Origin: the human T2T-CHM13v2.0 reference genome, Homo sapiens
Length of the DNA stretch: 64,000 nucleotides
NCBI RefSeq assembly: GCF_009914755.1
Contig: NC_060932.1
Reading direction: 5' to 3' (one strand)
The position numbers and the translations under genes were made by a program. Shown here piece by piece: positions 58,795 to 64,000 of the stretch (position 1 is the stretch's first letter; every line of letters starts with the position of its first letter). The notes under the pieces were generated by a model. It had not been told where the DNA came from, searched no databases, and saw only the letters and a list, made by a program, of their open reading frames with translations.

Positions 58795-59144
58795 TTAACT
58801 CTGAGGATAAATGTATATCCCCATATATATACTCCACTATCTTAAGAATGACTCAATAATTATTACAAGAAAATGTCATTTCCAAAGTGGTCATTATTCC
58901 TATGGACTTTTTGGTGCAGAATAAGAGCTAAAGATTATATTCTATCTCAAAGGAATTACCTTTTGTGTCTGTGACAAGTGGGAATGTTAAGTGCACTTTC
59001 TAGGGAGAATATTTATATTAATCCAGGTTAATATATGTATTCTGGATAAATGACAAGACTCATGGACTTCTTTGGTGATTACTAAGATAATAGCACAAGT
59101 TCAGAAATCTTTACAGTCTGTTTTCACAATTACCCAAAGTATAT

Positions 59145-59270
59145 AAAGCAAACACATTGGATTAGGCATCAAAAATCTTGGGTCTTAAACTAGGCTCCAA
59201 TTTTAATTAACTGTGTTAATCTGGGTAGTTTATTTCACCTTGTTACCCTTATTTCCTTCTAGGTATAAAC
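59145..59270 (+). mobile_element. MIR fragment followed by a TG-rich tract (59271-59345)
   Basis: aactgtgttaatctgggtagtttatttcacct...ttatttccttct. Confidence 0.55.
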
Positions 59271-59371
59271 TGTGTGTGTGTGTGTGTATGTGAGTGCGTG
59301 TTCATGCAAGTCTGTGCATGTGTGTATGCATGCATGCATGTGTTTGTTGGTGACTAGGAATGCTGACATAG

Positions 59372-59567
59372 TGGAGTTTAGAGTAGGCTGGGGCAGTGGG
59401 AGGGGAAATGGAGAAATAGGAGTGTGTTCCTTCTTTTTGAAGTAATGGAAATGTTCTAAAATTGATTACAGTGATGGTTGCACACCATTGAGTATATTAA
59501 AAATACATGAATTGTACATTTTAAAGGGTTGAATTGTATGGAATTTGAATTATATCTCAATAAAGCA
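59372..59567 (+). mobile_element. Old L1MB/ME 3' end
   Basis: atggaaatgttctaaaattgatt...gtgatggttgcacac...gaattatatctcaataaagc. Confidence 0.8.
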
Positions 59568-59892
59568 ATTATTTTTTATTTTTAGATTATAAGTATTACA
59601 AAAATCCTCATTATTTTAAAAATGTAGTACATGTACCATAATCCTTACTCCCCACTTCTTTGTGTGAATTTTGTGACATTGTTTTCATTATCCGAGTGTT
59701 CACTCTACTTGAGATCATTCTCCTTTTTTTCCCTTGCACCCACGTTAAGTATTCAATTTCAGGCTCATCAGAGTGTGTTTTTACCACCTCTTAAATGTTA
59801 ATCACCATGTTTTGCTGTAAACTGGCCACAAAATTACAACCTATAAACTAAGTATAATTTTTCCTCTGTTTGTTTTTTTTTTTAATCTGAAG

Positions 59893-60027
59893 ACAAAGAC
59901 AGGAATTTGTTTGCTGCAGGATGGTAACCAGGAGCCTTTCAAAGTGCGGCTGCACCTAGCCAAAGACATTTTGATGATCCAGGAACAGGATGTGATATGT
60001 GTGTCTGGTGAGCCTTTCTATTCTGGT
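59893..60027 (+). CDS. SNTG1: Gamma-1-syntrophin coding exon, 135 nt (TKTGICLLQDGNQEPFKVRLHLAKDILMIQEQDVICVSGEPFYSG), the region preceding the PDZ domain
   Basis: Poly-T tract plus tctgaAG acceptor at 59892, 45 open codons, and donor GGT|gtaagt at 60028. Continues MDFRTACEE exactly as in the recalled SNTG1 protein. Confidence 0.96.
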
Positions 60028-61404
60028 GTAAGTAGCTTTTTCTTCTGTTGAAATTTTTTGTGTTTGTTTTTTGTTAATAAAAATGTTTATTCACAGGGCA
60101 TTTTAAATATGTTTTTCTTTCAGTGTCTAGTCAATGGTTCTGCATGGAATTTTTGCTTACATCATTAAGTAATCAGCGGCCCTGTACGAGAACCTTGCCT
60201 GGGGTCCATGAACACATATTTTGGGCCCATCTCCAGCCTGTTGTCTATGACTCCTAGCTGTCATCATATGATGGGAGTGACACTGTATTTTCTGATTATT
60301 CTACCATTTTACATAGAGAATTAATTGAGAACTGTGCATGGTGATGGCCTTTGCTCTGGTCTTATCTTTCATGACCTGGGACTACTGAGAGTGGTGCCAG
60401 GGTGGGGCCCAACCTTCAGCATCACTGAATCAGGAGACGTTAGGCAGCGGTCACTGAACTCAGCGTGAGTGGTGTTCCCCTAGGATAGTGTCTAAATGAT
60501 TCTGTGGGCCTCCCTAATAGAATTATGCCCAAGTGCTGTAGCAAATTCTTTTCTCCAATGCTCCAACCCATTGACACATTACACTGCTCCTAATCTAACT
60601 TCAGAAAGAGCCATAAATTACAGTGCAAAACTGATTGCTGTACCTACTCATGTCGAGGCAGCATAGCTATGGAAGACATCCTTAGATGAGATTAGATTTT
60701 ATTCTGCTAAAAGACATTATCATAAGACGAGTTCTGGAGTTTATCATTCATTGTATAATAATGCTATTAAAGGCTTCTTTTTAGCAATGTTGCCGTATGT
60801 GATCTCAGAAGAAAATTACAGACAGTAGCATGTAGTCTGCTCCCTGCTTTCCCCAAACATCTGCAACTATTTAGCATGGAGATTTAATTTGTACCTTATT
60901 AACAGACTTACCTTGGAGTGTTTAGTTGGTGGTGAATAATGCTGAACTTGAGCTCTCACATCACTTCTTACTAACACCCTATGGGAGTCACACAAGGCCC
61001 TAAATCAATAGGCCTTTGCCAACTAAAGATAATGGACATTTTGCAGACTGTTAACTATTCTTTTGTCACAGACCATTTAAATCATTCTGAATCATGGGCC
61101 TGGATGTCAAGGCTGATTAAACTGTTCCCATGGGGTTGTCCTTTCTTCCCTTTGGTTAATAATAGAGAAGTGACATGAGTCATATAACCCTCTAGAATAA
61201 ATATATCACACTGGTCCCAGATCAAAAAATAAAATCAGTAAAATTTACTACTTTGATACTGAAATAATATTATTGATTTTAAACTTCACAGTCAATAATA
61301 GCTGATACACATAGACCTATTCTCTTCTTAAAAGATAATTGTGCATATAAATAAAGCTCAGAGTGCTAGGAATAATGAAGAGAATTAAGGAGAAATATCC
61401 TATG

Positions 61405-62306
61405 GCATTTTCAACAAATTCAAAAAAGCATTTGACAAAATTCAACACCCATTTTTACAAAACACTTTAGCAAGATATGAATAGACAAGAATTTTCTTAA
61501 TCTGACAACTGTCATCTAATTAAAGCCTCTCCCTAATATGTTAGTTAACATTGAACATTTTCTCTGAGATTGAAAGCAAGTCAAGGATAATACCTTGCTT
61601 AATAATCAATGTTGTTCACCATGCTCCTACAGCAAGTCACAAACGATATATAAAGAACAAAAATTATACAGGAAGAGGCAAAATGGCTTTACTTGTAGAT
61701 TTCATGATGATATGCATAGAAAACCTTAAGAATTCTACAAAAGATAGAATAACACTAAAATTAAGCAAGGTTGCTGGGAATAAGGACAATAGCCCAAGTT
61801 AATTGTGTTTCTAAAATTACCTACAAGCAACTAGAAATGAAATGAAAATGCAATCCACAATAAGTCAGAAAGACAATACACTCAGGAACATATTTAACAA
61901 AAGATGTATATGATCTCTACCCTGAAAACTACAAAAACTATGTTGAAGGAAATTAAAAGATATAAACAAATAAATGGAGAAATACAACATGATCATAAAT
62001 TAAAAGCTAAGTATTGATAAACTGTCACATCTTTCTAAATATTCCAAACCAGTCAAAACCCCAAAATATTTGTGTGGATATGTACAAGTTGATTCCAAAA
62101 TTTACATGGAAATATAAAGGACTTACAATAACCAGAATAATCTTGAATAAAAAGAACAAAGTTGGAGTGTTTATTCTACCTGATTTCAGCGCTTACTATA
62201 AGATTCTAATAATAAATACAATGTAATGCTGTAATAAATTCAGGCATAGCAATCAGTGGAACATTCTAAAGAGTCCAAAAATAGACCCACTCTTATATGG
62301 TCAGTT
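61405..62306 (+). mobile_element. Old L1M ORF2 (RT region) fragment
   Basis: aaaagcatttgacaaaattcaacaccc. Degenerate peptides KLSKVAGNK and KLIPKFTWKYKG...KKNKVG. Confidence 0.85.
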
Positions 62307-62309
62307 AAG

Positions 62310-64000
62310 TTTTTTTTTTTTAACTGTGGTAAAATATACATAATATAAAATGTACCATCTTAACTATTTTTAAGTATAAAGTTCAGTAGCATTTCGTGCA
62401 TTCATTTTGTTGTGTAACTATCACCACTATTCATTGCCAGAATTTTCATCATGCCATACTGAAACTCTGTACGCATTAAACAGTAACTCTCCATGCTCTC
62501 CTCCTCTTAACCCCTGGTAACCACTGTTCTACTTTCTGCCTCTACATTTGACTATTCTGGGTAGATCTTGTAGGTGGAATCATACAATATCTGACCATTT
62601 GTGGATGACTTATTTCAATTATCATAATGACTTTAAGGATCATCCATGTTGAAGCATATATCAGAATTTCATTCCCTTCAAAGGCTGAATAATATTCCAT
62701 TGTGTATTTATACCACCTTTTGTTTATCTTCTCACTCGGTAGTAAACATTGAGGTTGTTTCCACCTTGGCTTTTTGAAAAATGCCTCTAGGAACATGGGT
62801 GTACAAATATGTTTGAGTCACCACTTTCAATTATTTGGTGTATATACCCAGAAGTGAAATTGCTGGATAAAATAGTAATACTTTGTTCAACTTTTTAAGA
62901 AACTGCTGTACTCTTTTCCACAGTAGTTGTACCATTTTCCATTTCAACAAGCAAAATACAAGGGTTCCAAGTTCTCCACATTCATGCCAAGCCTGTTGTT
63001 TTCTGTGTTTTTGATAATAGCTATCCAAATAAGTGTGAGGTTGAATCTCACCGTGGTTTTCATTTGCATTCTCCTGTCAATTAATAATGTAGAGCATCAT
63101 TTTATGTGCTTATTGTCTACTTGTGCGTCCTCTTTGGGTAAGTGTCTATTCATATCCTTTGTCTATTTTTGAATTGGATTGTTTGTTTTTTGGAGCTTAG
63201 TTGCAGGAGTTCTTAATGTATTTTAGATACTAGTCCCTTATCAGATATGTGATTTGCAATATTTTCTCCCAAATTGTGGATTGCCTTTTTACTCTATTAG
63301 TATTTTTGATGCACAAAAGTTTTTAATTTTAATAAAATCCATGTCAATTTTTTCTTCTATTGGTCGTACCTTTTATACCATCTCCAATAAATAATTGCCA
63401 AATTCAGTGTCATGAATCTTTTCCACTATATTTTCTTCTAAGAGTTTACAATTTTTGCTCTTACTTGTGCGTTTGGTTATATTTTAAGTTAACTTCTGTA
63501 CATAGCATTAGGTAAAGATCCAACTTCATTCTTTAGCATTTGGATATCCAGTTCAAAATCATGTGCCGTATATATAAGGGGGTATTTGTGGCCTCTCTAT
63601 TCTAGTTTATTAGTCTATATATTTGTCTTTATGCCAGTAACGCACAGTTATGCCTTTTGTTTGTTTGTTTTTACTGTAGCTTTATAGCAAATTTTGAAAT
63701 CAGCTAATTTGGGTTCCTTAAGATCTCAAATAAATTTTGGAATGAATTTTTCTATTTCTTGAAAAAATATCATTGCAGTTTTTATAAGGATCATGTTGAA
63801 TCTGTAGATCACTTTTAGTAGTATGGACATCTTAATAATAGTAAGTTTTCTGATAGATGAACATAACATCTTTCCATTTATTTATGGGTACTTTGAGTTC
63901 TTTTAGCAATGTTTTGTTGTTTTCATGTACAAGTCTTTCAACCCCTTGCTTAAGTTAAAACCTTAGTACTTGATAATTTTTGATAGTATTGTTAAAAATT
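62310..64000 (-). mobile_element. L1MB (MB3-like) 3' end and ORF2 C-terminus, running off the window
   Basis: Poly-T, tgtggtaaaatatacataatataaaatgtaccatcttaac. Peptides KRWYKYTMEYYSA and ECGELGTL. Confidence 0.88.

Overview
Primate (human-like) nuclear DNA, not prokaryotic. The window lies inside the SNTG1 (gamma-1-syntrophin) gene on the + strand. It contains two short exons. A 54-nt exon at 51893-51946 carries the start codon (MDFRTACEE). A 135-nt exon at 59893-60027 encodes TKTGICLLQ...GEPFYSG. The rest is AT-rich intron densely filled with decayed transposable elements. These include a solo LTR12C, a near-complete degenerate ERVL provirus with MLT2 LTRs, an ERVL/MaLR chimera, MER52/MER67/MER21/MER31/MLT/MST LTRs, Tigger1 and Tigger3 DNA transposons, L1 fragments, Alus, L2s and MIRs. 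Almost all entries in the ORF track are incidental or TE remnants. I found no convincing new protein-coding or multi-gene system. The most interesting signals are structural or regulatory: a sense LTR12C upstream of the ATG exon, an ERVL-MaLR chimera joined at the PBS, several template-switch scars (a 26-bp exact ectopic copy, near-perfect palindromes, a duplicated Tigger3 segment), and a small CpG-retaining patch with a CTCF-like motif. Repeat subfamily names come from recalled consensus sequences and need RepeatMasker/Dfam confirmation.
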